Shown here: positions 22,798 to 36,638 of the stretch, piece after piece
Layout: each line of letters opens with the position of its first letter
Position numbering within the stretch: position 1 is the first letter of the stretch
Origin: Basidiobolus meristosporus CBS 931.73
Taxonomy: Eukaryota; Fungi; Basidiobolomycota
Direction of reading: 5' to 3'
Assembly: GCA_002104905.1 (NCBI GenBank)
Contig: MCFE01000178.1
Location: 62,001-126,000 of the forward strand
Length of the DNA stretch: 64,000 nucleotides
Program-made: the position numbers and the translations under genes
Notes under the pieces: model-generated
What the model saw: the letters and a program-made list of their open reading frames with translations, nothing else
Told to the model about the DNA's origin: nothing
The model's database searches: none

Positions 22798-25700
22798 AAA
22801 AACAGTTCTACCACCCAACAACTCCCATAACCAGATTTCCCCTTGCCCTTCCCAGGCCTTGTGCCCGCCATCTTAAGCTTTTTGCCACCCACCCACCTCA
22901 GCCTTGACCGTCCAATGGAGGATTGGGGTCAGCAACAAGAATAACAACCAACTTAGATTTCAGCAAGAGTTAGCTTGGAGCGACTGGTGCAGCGCAAGAC
23001 AAACCCCACTGGCCATCCAAATCGCATCGATATCTGTGTAGCTGGATCCTAAACGTACAGAACGGGCCCAAATGGCCGAACGATCACATCTGGTGTTGGT
23101 GAAGTCATTGACAGTGCTACAAGCCAATCAGGTGTCCCTAGGAAGAGGAAGATCCCCAAGCTACGGATCATTTTTTTTCCAAGGAGGCGTGGCTCGACAC
23201 CTAACCCTACGGATGCACAAGGGTTGCTATATAGCCCAAATCCAGCGGGTTACTAGAAAAAGCGATTTCCAACACCATGGATCAAGCTCTGATCAGCGCC
23301 CGAAATCCCCCGTTGCCAAACCGTTTAGCTGTCGAAAGCATCTCTCCAGGAGATTGCTAATGCTGGCATGATCACATTAAGACTACGTACAGTTGGGTTG
23401 ACATCAACCACGCCAAGTAGCCGGGTGCCCCAAGGCAGGGGTGGGTAGGAATCCAAGCCCAACCTCGATGAAACACTCGGGGATGTCCCCGATTCCGTCG
23501 ATAAACCTTCGCCTCGATCATGCCTCAGCCTACCTAGAACGCAACATCAGGCCGCAAACTGAATCATGGAGCCCATCGGTAGACTGAGCCATGTATGGCT
23601 CGTTGAGCACCCAGCATTCTTTGTCGAGCTCCGTCTAGATACTGCGACGCAGCCCATTGCATTTCCAGGTGCAACACATAGGACAGAGGATCGTAGCTTG
23701 AATGCACTTGCGCGACACCACGATCGCGTTAATCCCGGGTCTGCAATAGATAGAATGCTGCATCCAGCTCAAGGGAGAAGATCGAGGATTCGGTGCGGTG
23801 CGTCCCAGGATTAATCCCATTCATGAATCCGAGGTTGGCCACGGTTCTTTCAAAAGGGACGCGCAGATATCATCGAGAGCTGGGAGTTTCTGGAACGAGG
23901 CCACCTCGCAGCAAGGCTGGAGGTGGATCCAGGGACATCAGACTGATTCTGGGGTGTATACACTCCCCTGCCCCTACAGCCCACCTAAGAGTCCATCCCT
24001 CCTCCGCATCCCCACCAGAGATATCGGAGACCGAAGCAGCTTGCAATCATATAGAACAGGAGTTCGGGTGTCTCAGTGAAACGACTCTCGTTTCTGACTC
24101 CCAGGCTCCCCGGCCCTGTCAACACAAGGGAGATGTGGTCGTATTCCGTCGACCCATTCTTTTCCCTATGACCTCATGGGCTTCATAAGAGTCAATCAAC
24201 CCGATTTGGTAGTTGGCTTTCCAGTGGGATCCAAGAGCTTTCGTCGCACGCATGCATGCCGCTTGTCACCCAATATGAAATGAGTTGCTGTTGGTGCAGT
24301 GCTGATAACTGCATGCGATCATCCAAGCACCACAACCGAGCAATGAAGCTCATCCTCTAGATGAAATGAGCTGTGTAGTCGGATGTTCACAGGCATGCAA
24401 CCCCCATTGGACCGAGGCTGAGGTTGAAACCACCACCAACCCCACTTATGGCACCCAGATGTCGTACTTCGTCATGGCAGCGAGTAAATGGACGGCTATT
24501 CCATTAGCCACAACGCCAGTAGGCGGGCGGAATAGGGGCCCAGGATGAACTGTGCCCTTGGGTAGCTTGGAGAGTGTCGGCCCAACCGGCTGCAGACATG
24601 GACCGGTAAATGAATTACCTCACATTGATGCAGAGGGTCATGCGAAGGCCAATGTTCAGAGCAGCTGGGACTGGATCTTGAAATATCGGCCACGGAAATA
24701 GCGGCGGGCTATATTTGGATATACGGAGATCTGTTGAGCAGCTCTGTGCTACCACCATACAGAGCATTGACCGTCATGTGTCGCTTGATTGGACGAGGAG
24801 GGAAAAGGCGGCTCTCCGAGAAACGCTGTGCAACGATGGAGTGCTGCTTATGATGTCATCTGCATCTTCTGCGCCGCACCCACTGGTCGCCAGATCGACA
24901 TGCTTGCAGCTCCGTCTCGCACCTACAGTTTAGGGACTGGTACAGGGCCCAGGGCACAATCAGCCATCTACACACCGTGCTGACGAACCTCTCTCAGCAC
25001 CCATGAAACGGCTGTGACCCAGAATCTGCCACGCAAGAAAGATATGTACTGCGGGTCAGGGATTTGCAACGTCCACATCAATCATCACTGTTTCCCAGGA
25101 GCGCTGGCTTGGTGGGATGGCTGTGGGTGAATGGAGATCCGCCAATCACAGGGCGCGGATATCAGGCGCAAGAGCCAACAATCTGTGCATTTAATCCACC
25201 ATCGTAGTTGCCATGGCACATGGCCATAATGCGGCCTTGGAGGCGGAAGTGGAAGCTGTTTACAGTAAAAAGGAGTTAAAGTTTGGGCGGGGCTGATTGG
25301 CCGGTGGAAATGAAGCAATGTATTCAATGGAGCAGCATTCTAAATAGAAGGATCGAAATCCATTTGCTGCATTGTCCGACATCAACAGCGAATCATCGGA
25401 AAACTGCCAACTGTGGCGGTTATTGGATTGGAGCGACACCAGGTCGCGCAAACCTCACCACGCCCCTCATGACTCCAACCGCCTAGAAATCGGATCCCTC
25501 TTTGTGTCGGACTGGTAACATGACTGCCATCGAATCTGTCCACCCGATGTATTACATCCAACATTGGCCATTAGGCACCCTCCCCATGGAAATGGCAATC
25601 TCGAAGGAAATTTCGCAAATTGATATGCAGATCCCAGAGTGGAAGCTGCGATGACACTATTATGAGATAATAGGGTTTATCAAGTGCAGAAGCCCATTAA

Positions 25701-25995
25701 GGATATTGTGAATTATTCCTCTTTTTCTCGTCCAACACATTGGATCAGAGTAAATGACTTCTTTGGTTTTGGAATATTGTTCTATGTTGTGATGCGCTAG
25801 GAGCCCGCTTCCACACCTATCTATATCCACCAACCTATTCCCATAACCCAACTCCAACTCCATATCCATCCCAATTCCCTGCTACCCTATATTTTTCTTT
25901 ACTACTTCCCTAATTGACCTCTCCCCTCTAGTTTAATAGCCCCACCCGCTTCGCACTAACCACCCTCCCGTTTTGTTGGGTACCCTTTCACGAGC

Positions 25996-28900
25996 ATGCA
26001 CTATTCCAGCGATTTCCCAATCTCAACATCGGCAACCGGCTCGTCGCACACTGATGTACCCGAAGCCCTTACCTCCGTAGAACTCCAACGTATGCCCTTC
26101 GTTCTCACCTCGAAGAGAGGTTTGTCCAGCCCCACCCCCAGCGATAGATGGGCTAATGTTTGCCTATTCTCCACCTAGGACGCTTTCCACTTCTGAGCGA
26201 AAAAACCAGCCAGAAATACCGTGCCCTCTACAACGACAACGTCGGACCTGACTCCCAACTTTCAGGTAGTCCAGCCCAACCAATGGTCGGTTTCATTTTC
26301 TAAAGGCTTCGTGCTGACGGGTTGTTTTCTCAAGTCAAGGCAGCCGGTGACCTATTTTCTTACTTGAACCTAAAACCGAGGGTGTTCACGCATCTATGGT
26401 CCGTGGTATAGCAACGTCCTGTCAAGCTTCCTTGCTAACCGGCCGTTGTTGATATAGGTCCCTTTGCGACATACGCTCCAGCGGCTCGCTTAGTTTGCCA
26501 GAATTTTTGCTCTTTGTATACTTCCTTACTACATATCTGTCCTCCGGAGAACTTCCGACCGCTCTTCCATCCATTCTTTACCAGGAGTTGTTGAGCAATA
26601 ATGAGAGTGCACCAAGCCCGACGGGCGTCAGGGATACCAGCCCTTCCAAAGACTGCGCCCAGGGGGCCTCCGAATGGAGGTCCCCACTACGCGGTGGGCA
26701 TCTTCGTGATGCCAATACTATAGAAGGCCAGGAAAAAGCAGGGGGTTGGTATCCGTACTGGACCTGATGTCTATGCATTTTCATCCATCTAATTTCTAGA
26801 CAATTTGTTTCCCACAGCTCCACTGGCTTCCAATAAAGAGCCACCCGACGGCACCGCAAGTCTATTTTTGACAGAAGACACCAATGCAGAGCTTTTGTAC
26901 CCCGCACCGGACCTTCAGCTCGGTGGCACTGCCGAGCTTCGTGCCAGCTTCATCGATACACCTCTACCGCCGAACCACAGCGATGGCATGGTGGCATCGA
27001 GGCAACCACTCCAAAGCCAGCACCTGACCGTCCACTTACTTCCGGAATACCCAATCAAGGAAGATCGGGAGTGGGAAGAGATCGAGCAATTAAAGGCCAA
27101 AATCCAGGTCCTTCAGAACGAAATCCACTCCGTGGAGGCATCTCAGTCCGACATCAAGATAGATTTTGAGAAAGTTACTGGAGATATGATCGATTTGTCC
27201 GAGCAGCGTTACCAGCTGGAACTTGCCTTTAGGGAGATGACCACCCAGATGGGCGAGCTTGTTTCCAAGGCCCGGCATTTGAACGAGACTTTGGCCAATG
27301 CCAAGTACTCGCTTCTTCACACCAACAGGGCGAGAGTCACCGGTGAGAATCAACCGGACAGGCTGATCCAGAGTACGCATGAGTTGGTGACCCCTCTCTC
27401 CGCGCTGAGAGCAGCTTCGGCTCCAGTACAGACCGAGCTCGAGACGAAGAAGGTCAAAGTGGACTCCGAAAGGAGAAGGGCGGACAAGGAGATCGACTCG
27501 GTCGAGCGCCAAGTGCAGAGGATGAACAAAAGACTGGAAAGAAGTGAGCAGTATATTCATCTATACTCCGATCTTCTGTCGAGGAAAGAAGGGTCGCCAG
27601 CGGATGGAACAGACGAATTTCTCGATGCATTCATGACCGAGCTCAAAAATCTCCAGCGTCGCGTCACCATGACGGAAAAGGCGGGGGCGAAGCCGCTGTC
27701 GCCCATCGAGGAGATGATCAGTGTCGACCTCAGTGCCGTGCAAAAAACCCAGAAGTCACACAGAGAGAAGCAAATGAAGATTTTGGAGGAAGCGCAGAAG
27801 CGTTTGGTCGAACGGGAAAGATGCCTCCGTGACGATTTCACTCGGCTCAAAGAAGAGAAAAGCAACATGGATAATCGCATCCGTAGACAAGAAGACGAGT
27901 GGGAAAGCATAAGGCTCCAGGCGTTGACCCAAGCGCAAAACACCATCGCGAACGCTCGGGCCGAGATGGAGGCAGCACGAGAGGAAACTGCCTCAAAGGC
28001 CAATCGGAATAACCGAGCAAGGCTGGCCGAAGAAACTCAGGTGATCGAGAAGCTTGCTCAAGAGAAGATCGAAGCAGCAACGCATGAAAGATATGCTATC
28101 GAGCGTCTAGCCAAACAAAAGATTGATGCCGCTTGCCAGGAAAAAGAGCTTATTGAGAAGAAATTTCGGGAGCGCATATGTCAAGTAGAGACGGCCCTCA
28201 AGAAGACCGAGCATGAGAAGCAAGAAATCAAGTCTATCTACGGGGGCAAGCAGAGCATGTGTAACTCGCCAATGCCACCTCCAAATCCACCACCCTCGCT
28301 GCCCCCATTGCCTGTCTCAATATCACCTAGCTTGACGGGGATTAAGCCGCTATGGCTGGCGCACACGCCCCCCTCCCCAACTGACTTTCCCAGAACTTCG
28401 ATTTCTACCATGCAGAGGTCCAACGCTCAACCAGGCCCGAGGCGTTCAAGTCCTCTTCACGCAAATCCCTATGCTATCCAGCCACACATCCTGGACAGCG
28501 GATACAGCACCAACTCCGACTGGTCCGTAAATAACCACTTTGTTCATGTTGAGCATCCCCACACGTACGAGGCCTGGGGAAAGCAATGCGCATCACACGA
28601 CTTACAGCCGGAATTCACCACTCAGCGTTCCACCTCCAAGCAGATGGGATCCCCATGTTCCTCGGACGCGAGTGACCTGAAATCACCGTTTTCGGTGAAA
28701 ACATTGTACCCGTACACGGCACCAGGGAAGGAGTACCTCGGTTTCGATCAAGACGTGTACATCATTGTCGACCCCACCTTTGAGTCCGAAGAATGGTGGT
28801 ACGGAAAGCCGGAATACGGAGTCCAAGAAGGGTGGTTCCCCAAAAACTACGTCTGCGTGGAAGAGATTCCTGATCAGGTCCCGTTCCTGGCGAGGGTGCT

Positions 28901-29069
28901 GTATGATTACGAGGAGCGGCAAAGCGACGAGTTGACCATTAAGGCCGATTCGGTTGTAGATATCCTAGAGAAAACGGATGTGAACTGGTGGAAGGCCCAG
29001 TACCAGGGCAATGTTGGTATGATCCCCGCAAGATACGTTCAGCAGTTGGTGGTTGGGCTCTCCCAATAG
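25996..29069 (+). CDS. Intersectin-like endocytic scaffold: EH domain, long coiled coil, Pro-rich region, two SH3 domains (5 exons)
   Basis: Predicted exons 25996-26119, 26179-26265, 26335-26398, 26458-26744 and 26800-29069, joined by GT-AG introns in consistent phase. Spliced EH domain KYRALY..AAGDLF..HLWSLCDIRSSGSLSLPEF..GELPTALP. E/K/R-rich heptads. SH3 motifs LYPY..WWYG..GWFPKNYV and LYDY..ELT..WW..GMIPARYV. Confidence 0.85.
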
Positions 29070-30273
29070 CCGCTCGCACCGAAGCGCTTGTTGTCTAGGA
29101 TCGCGACACCGCGTTCAAGACTCCATATATGCGTCAACAAGATGGACGAGCCTCCACAGATTGTTGGCAATTTTCTCTTTGTCTTGATTAACATATATAA
29201 CAATATATAATTCACTCGACTTTAATCTCCGTATATTACATATCCTTAACCCAACCCTTCCAACCCGGTCTCAGACTCCACTCAAAAGACGACTTTCTGG
29301 TAACGAATAAACTCCCAACTGAGGTCATGCCAATGCGAGCCCGTTGCTGTGCTGTGGTTGGAGGAGTTTGCATGCATTGTGGTGAGGCCTGGAATGCAGC
29401 CCACAATTGGCCAGGACAGATCCACTATCCAAAGCATCGTCGGCAGCCGCGGATAGGTTGGCCCACACTGCCTGGAAGATGAGTTCATCTAGTTGGATGC
29501 GGCACGGCATCTGAGCAAATGGTTCCCTCTCATTGGAGGGAGTGCGCTGTGTTCAGGAGCATGATATTACGATGGTTAGGTGCCATTAAAGCGGAAACTT
29601 TGTTTGAGAAACTCATCACACTATGTCACAGCCAGTCTCACCGGATCCTGGCCATCTAACTTGATTAGTGGGCAGTGCACGAGTCCGATGCTGTAAATGA
29701 GCATTTGAATCATGGTTATAAGGTCCACACTAAACAGAGGGATCTGATATGGGCCGATGTGAGTGGGTTATAGGAGAAATACTGGAGTGATGCAGAGTAT
29801 GTTATATCAGCGCGTGAAGAGTCACAACTTCCCTGCATTTCGGAATCAAATGACTGAGGGGAATTAATTGGGCAAGGGGATCGGACAAAGTAGAGGATTC
29901 ACTTGAAAGCTAAGAACGCCTGGTGTTAGTTACATGTTTGTTTGTGATATGTGGGCTACTTCGGAGTATGTCATGGCCTCTGTGTTTTCTTTATATACCA
30001 ACTTGCATCCTGGGCAGCTCCTCAAACTTTGGAAGCTTCGAATTTTCTCTCTGGGCATTTTATAGCCAAAGTTATATGGACGCCAACCTGTTCGCGTCCA
30101 CGATAGAATTTCATCACTTATATCCAACCACATTGTCATTTGTACACACCCGCCCATATATAGCGTTCGATAAAGGAACCCCGGCGCTACTGTAAAACGT
30201 TCCGATTTGCTAACCCAGTGATATAGAGCTACGGAACAGATCCAAGAACGAAAGCGGTATCCATCTGCGCAAG

Positions 30274-33200
30274 ATGCCAGACGCTTCTATACATTCCGGT
30301 GCTGGCTTGCACCGGAAGAAGACCCTAACCCGTCCCGACCGTAACCAGGCACCAGCGCCTATGGTAAGCGGCGACCAGACTCGAAAATCCCTTGACCCGT
30401 GGGTGGTCTTTTCCAATGTTGTTACTTTGTGGGCACCAGGCTTCCTGTTGGCCAGATTTGCAGGGATGGAGGAAAAGGCAATGCGTCAAGCCTGGAGAGA
30501 GAAGGTGGCCCTTTGTATGGTGATAGCTGGTGTATGCTCTATAGTTGCTTTCCTGACCATAGGGCTGCCGTTTGTATTCTGTCCTAAAAGCACGCTGGCG
30601 GATCTAAGAAACTTCAGCCAGATACATTCTAGTGCACCAGGTATGAGCCTTCGTCCGTTAACTACATTTGGACTGTTGGAAAGCTAAATTGTCAACTTCA
30701 AGGGATGGTTGGAATTGGGGGCATCATGTATTCCTTGCAAGATACGAAGTCCCTCCCTAAAGTGAATCTGGAGGCCATCCCGCCAGGCACAGACATAAGC
30801 AGCCTCTTCGACAGGTCCAGCAAGTTTGCAGCAGCCTGTCAAGACCCAAAGCTCTCGAACTATACTGCGTTCAGTTTTGACCCGTGCGCTCCGCACGAGC
30901 AATACAAGGGGTGCCAGTTCCCCCCGATCGAAGAAGCCATTGAGAAGTACGGGATCGTCAGTACTGGTAAGAAGGTGGGCTACGATTGGGACGACGTTCC
31001 GGAGAATTTCGTCGTGATCGACGGGAACGTCCTGAACTTTAATCCATACCTCAAGGCGTATCCCACATCCATACCAGGCGATCCAATCGATGAAGCTATT
31101 CGCGAGTCTATCTACCAAGGAGTTGTGGACGCCACCAGGATATTTATCCGTAGACCGGCGCTGCAATCCTCCATAAAGTGCATGCAGAGGAAATACTTCG
31201 CCGGCTATCTTAGCAAAGCCACACCCGGGTGCTTCGGTGTGAAACTGTTTTTCATTGTGTCGATGGTGATCATCTTGGGGGTGGTCCTCAGTCGATTCAT
31301 CATGGCGGTCATCTTCGACTGGTTCCTGTCCTTCGATCTGGCTAAACCGCCATCAAAGTCAGCGCCAAAGCCGCTGAAAATCTCTCAGAGCACCCCATGG
31401 ATCCACTCAAATAACTCCTCGAGCACCTCAATGGCCTCGGGACAAACGCTGGTCGAAACGAACGATCTGTTCACCGTTCTCTTGGTAACCTGCTACTCCG
31501 AGGGAGAGAGCTCGCTTCGATGCACCATCGAGAGCCTGGCGGTTACCGACTACAGCGACAGGCACAAGCTTCTCTTCATCATTGCAGACGGGATCATTAC
31601 CGGTAGTGGAAACGATAAAAGCACCCCGGACATCTGTGTTGATCTGATAGACATCGACCCTGCCTTCTCTAACCCGGAGCCGCAAAGTTATGCTGCCGTC
31701 GCTGCCGGATCAAAAAGACACAACATGGCCAAGGTGTATGCCGGCCACTTCAGTATGTACACGCTCACGCCATGGCCCAGCTCGACAGTTGTCTAACCAA
31801 ACACAATTCATTCCATAGATCATCAGGGACACCGTGTTCCCACCGTGGTCGTAGTCAAGTGTGGAAACCCAGAGGAGCAGGATCAGCCAAAGCCGGGGAA
31901 TCGAGGCAAACGAGACTCTCAGATTATCCTGATAAACTTCTTCAGTCGAGTCACCTACAACGACCGAATGACTCCTCTTGACTTCGACCTGTTTCGGAAG
32001 ATCAATCATCTGATGGGAGTAACCCCCGACTACTTCGAGGTGGTATTAATGGTAAATATCATATTGGCATTCGTCGGTGCAGCTTTCCCCGCTCTGACAC
32101 CTCCTTGTAGGTAGACGCTGATACCAAGGTTTATCCGGACTCCTTGCAGCTTCTATTGAACTGTGTTCAGAACGACCCTTTAATCATGGGGCTGTGTGGA
32201 GAAACTAGAATCGCAAACAAACGTGACTCATGGGTTACGGCTATCCAGGTGTTTGAATACTACATCTCGCATCACTTGGGAAAAGGGTTTGAATCGGTCT
32301 TCGGTGGTGTCACCTGTCTTCCTGGGTGCTTCTGCATGTACCGGCTTAAAGCGCGTAAGGGAGACAACGACTGGATCCCCATCATCACGAAGCCGGAGAT
32401 TGTTCAGGAATATTCACAAAATGTGGTTGAGACCCTTCATCAGAAGAACCTTCTCCTCCTTGGAGAAGACCGTTTCCTAACCACGCTGATGCTAAGAAAC
32501 TTCCCCAACCGTAAGATGATGTTCGTACCGCAGGCGATTTGTAAAACCGTCGTTCCGGACTCCTTCAGTATTCTGCTTTCGCAACGTCGCCGATGGATCA
32601 ACTCGACCATCCACAATCTCCTCGAACTCGCGCTGGTTCGAAATCTCTGCGGAACCTTCTGCTTCTCCATGCAGTTCGTGGTTGTTATGGAGCTAATCGG
32701 AACAGTGTCGCTGCCTGTTGCCATCATCATGACGTTCATCCTCATCGCATCACTAGCACGAACCCAGTTCACCGATGCCGCCAGCTACTTTCCGCTAATA
32801 CTCCTCCTGCTTATATTGTTTCTGCCCGCCGTGCTGATCCTGATCACCACCAGAAAGGTCATCTACATCGCCTGGCTATTTATTTATTTATTGGCACTCC
32901 CGATCTGGAACTTCGTCCTTCCGGTATACGCGTATTGGCATTTCGACGATTTCTCTTGGGGTGAGACTCGGTACGTGTGCCATGCTTCCACTCAAGCCGT
33001 ATATATGCCCAATTCTAACCTTCTAACCGCAATCATTTAGCAAAGTTGAAGGGGAAAAGCGAGGAGAAGACCACAGCAAGAAGGATGGCGAATTCGATGC
33101 GTCTAGTATCACCTTCCGACGATGGGAGGACTACGAGCGGCGTCGAATTCGAGGCATCCGACGACAGGAGCGTAAAAAGCAGCAAGGAAGAGCCGCGACT

Positions 33201-33371
33201 CGGCTGCATCATCAGCCTACTGCCAGCGATGGCGAGTCCATGAAGGGATTGATGGTGGATACGGACAACAGCAGTGAATCCTATTTTGACGGAGACTCCT
33301 CCAGGAGCATATCCCCCGATATAGCGATCCCTCACGCGGCATACGGAGTTCACAAACGGCCATATTTCTGA
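30274..33371 (+). CDS. Chitin synthase, class IV (Chs3-like), 5 exons
   Basis: Introns 30641-30702, 31753-31818, 32052-32110 and 32971-33040. Motifs [53 protein letters not shown] and the class IV-like tail [13 protein letters not shown]. Confidence 0.95.
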
Positions 33372-35615
33372 GCAGCTTGGCTTGCCACTCCTCCAAAAAT
33401 ATATTCCTTATTTAATTCATCGTATTTCAACTCGAGGTTGTCTGTAACATAGTTCCGCACTGAGAGAGCGTGTGTTTTGTGGCTTTCCCATGTTCGTAAA
33501 TTTTCCCTGTTCTTTTATGTCTCGTATTCGTGTTTAGATTTAGATCACAGCTATGACTATATTTAACATGTATTCCTCGGCATTGGCCGCTCAAAAATGA
33601 AAACTTGAAACGACTTTGAGCCTGGTTCGAAACCCCTGCGTCAATTGGTCTTGTCGCGTAGGAAGGGCGACGAGTGTGGTCAGAACACACCATCGAGCCG
33701 CTTCATCTGCACCTTAGGCCCTGGCTTTGGCTGTGCTCAGGGTTCATGGAGGCTTATATATTTGGCAGGTCAGCCCTGAGAGCCTCCGGTCTAGTGTGCA
33801 CACAAAGCCTGTGTTCCAGAAGTGACCTTTGAGCAATCTACGGTTTCGCCACTGTAAAACGTGATGGTATCCCTGGCGTGGATCCCCACCAATTGCTCTC
33901 GCAATTCCAAACCTAGTTACACTCCAACGACCACTGGAGGTCACGAGCGGCCATCTAATCTGGATTCCCATTCTGCAGGGCTGGTTGGGTATTGCTTTGA
34001 TCAAATGTTCCAGTTACGAGCAGCCATGGAATTCCGACACAGAGTGCATGCTAACTATTACGAGGTTCATTGCGGCTGGCCCGCCTATGAGGGAGCATGG
34101 GAGACGTGCTTGGCGGAGGTGGGTCCCGTTCGAGTGTGATGCAAACGTCCACTCCGTAACTCAACCATCATTCCATACAACCAATCTCTAGCTGCCTACT
34201 GCCATATTAGTCGCCAGAGCCAGATTAGATGGTGTTTCAATCACGGACGCACACAGACAAATATTTGTACCACGTGTCTACTTAGTAAATACAGTGTCAA
34301 TAATATCTGAGAGCCTCTGTGGAACGCTCGGTATTTGCTCCCCCATCATCGCCCGTATAGTCTGCTTGTGGAATGGGCTTGGCGTGACTAATTCCAGTTG
34401 CGGAGCCCTGTTACGCCATGAATTCAGAAACCTGTGCGTATGTTTACTGTTATTGCCGAGACCAACCTATATGGAGAAGGGACATTGCAGGTTACCCATG
34501 AAGGTTGAGCAGGTTAGGTCAACCATGATGTGGCATCCCCCAGACACCGCCGCCTTCCAGAAGAATTTGTGTAAATCATGGACATCTAAGGAAAGACAAA
34601 GCCTGAATGCAAGCGCAGAGGCTTCAGGTTGTGGCAGGGCACAAGCAGCAGCATGCCGAGCACAGTGAGTCCTCAACGGCCGGGGTGGCCCAACCAAAAG
34701 AGATTGGCGAGGTGAGGTGGAAGTGGAGTTGGGATTGGCAGAAGCGAAACTGGATTTCGTTCGGAACAAGGGCCCGAATGCGATCAGGATCATGAAAGCG
34801 GTTGAGGCCTCATTAGCCGTCCGTCGTCCACCAAGGCAGATGCTGAGGTGTGGGAGGGCCCTTTCGAAGGGACTCCCTGCTTTCGCAATCGAGTCGGGAT
34901 TTTAACCACGATTTGCACAATAGAGTTTCAATGTGAAACCTCAGTGACTCAATCCACCAACTGTCACATTGACCAGTGGTGTTTGCATCGCTCGGGCACA
35001 AACCTGATTAGATTCTGGCTCGCCCTTGGGTGGGATAGCGTGGCTCGCCTGACTATGCTTTGGGGTGCACTTCCTGGCTCAGTGGTTGGGGATTGTTGAA
35101 CAAGCTGCTCATCGCCATCGTTCAGCGCTATATGCCCTTATCAGCTTGCGTGTTTTTGCTGGTGTCCTGCATCTATACGCTCTGGATCCTCGCAGAGATG
35201 AAAAAGTCAACAATCGCCCATGGAAAAGCCGAAATCTGCATCTGGCTATGGGATGGCAATCAGTGGCGTACGATTGAATTGGTGGAGGCTGCTCGCCTTC
35301 CACAGTGCTTATCCATGCTCTTGAGCTATCTTCATATGATTCCTGTATCACCGTGATTGAGGCTCAGTGATGTTGTTGTATGCGATCGAGGGAGTTATGT
35401 AACCCTGACTCTACACCTCTCCATGAGATGCAAACACCGGGGAACCCGTATAAATCGCCTTCACAGCCTTGTGGGGGTAGGATTCTCTTGGTCTTCTTGC
35501 TCCACTTGTGCTCGACACAGGCTAACCACAACCTAGAGGATTTCTGTAGTTGAGCAGCTTAACTGTGACTGCAATCCGGTCAACCTGATAGAGAGGTCCA
35601 TGAATTCCATGACAA

Positions 35616-36638
35616 ATGTTGGACCCCTCGTTAACCACATATTTCTCCATCCACGAAGCTACTGCTGACATTCGCAGCATTTATCATTCCGAGAGCGTAG
35701 TGGATGTTTTGGGATATGAACAGGACCAGGTCTTGGGAGTTTCACCCTACGAGTATTGTCACCCAGATGATGTTCATTATTTTAAAAAAGCCATTGACGA
35801 GTGTATTCAAAAGCAAAAAATAGGAGCCACACTGTACGTGAGGTTAAGGATAGAAGGAGGCTGGGCGGAGATAGAGTCGGTCTTCAATTTCTGTCATAAT
35901 ATGTTCATCCTGGCCCATAGATTAGCACACAAAGGTTTGTAGTACATAATACCTAGCGTAGCTGACATTTCCGTTGATGGTCAGTACTTCTAGAGAAACT
36001 CCCTGACTGCGTGCAACTAGCGCCGCACCGTATTCCCAAGGTAAGTCGAAAGTTCTTGGCCGTCTACCAGAGTGGAAGCGCAAAGCCCCGCTTGCTTTTT
36101 GCTTGAATATTAACACGCCATTCCTTAGAGTGGACGACCGAGCCGAGGGGGCACAGCGCTAGAGTTTATCCACCCGCTTGCTCATCCCACTGAGTATGCT
36201 CTTAAGACGAAGCCTGAACCGCGCATTGGTCTGGTGCTAAACCGTTTCTCCTACTTCTGCTACGTCCAATATTGCAGTGATCTGGTGGGATATATGTTCG
36301 GCATCAGCCAGAGAGATATATTGGGCAATTCTTTCTACAACTACGTCCACGAGGAGGACACGGAGAAATTGGAGGAGGAAATAACCAAGATCAAGGTGAA
36401 CAACGGGTTTTGCGTCGTCTCGTTCACCTTTGTCTCTGCCTACGGAAATGTCCTGGTTCAAGGCTGCTTTTCGGCTACGATGGATGGGATCGTAGGGGTT
36501 CTTCGTCCGGGGAACACCGAGTTCGTTGCCCATCCTTGTAAATACAACGCATGTAGTAATCAATTAGACGAGAAAGAAGAGGAAGGTGCTGAGGAGAGGT
36601 TCATACAGATGGCAACTGAGGTTAAGAAAGAAAACTGA
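35616..36638 (+). CDS. Tandem PAS-domain protein with no evident output domain (3 exons)
   Basis: PAS1 YHSESVVDVLGYEQDQVLG..YCHPDD. Introns 35935 to about 35984 and 36041-36128 give a continuous frame. PAS2 EPRIGLVLNRFS..ILGNSFYNYVHEED. The exon 2 acceptor is ambiguous (35984, 35993 or 36020, all in the same phase). Confidence 0.8.

Noticed and set aside
33861-34139. Chromodomain-like text YEVHCGWPAYEGAWE
   Set aside because: The spacing is one residue off the chromodomain pattern, the conserved Trp is absent, and there is no supporting retroelement or gene context. Likely chance.
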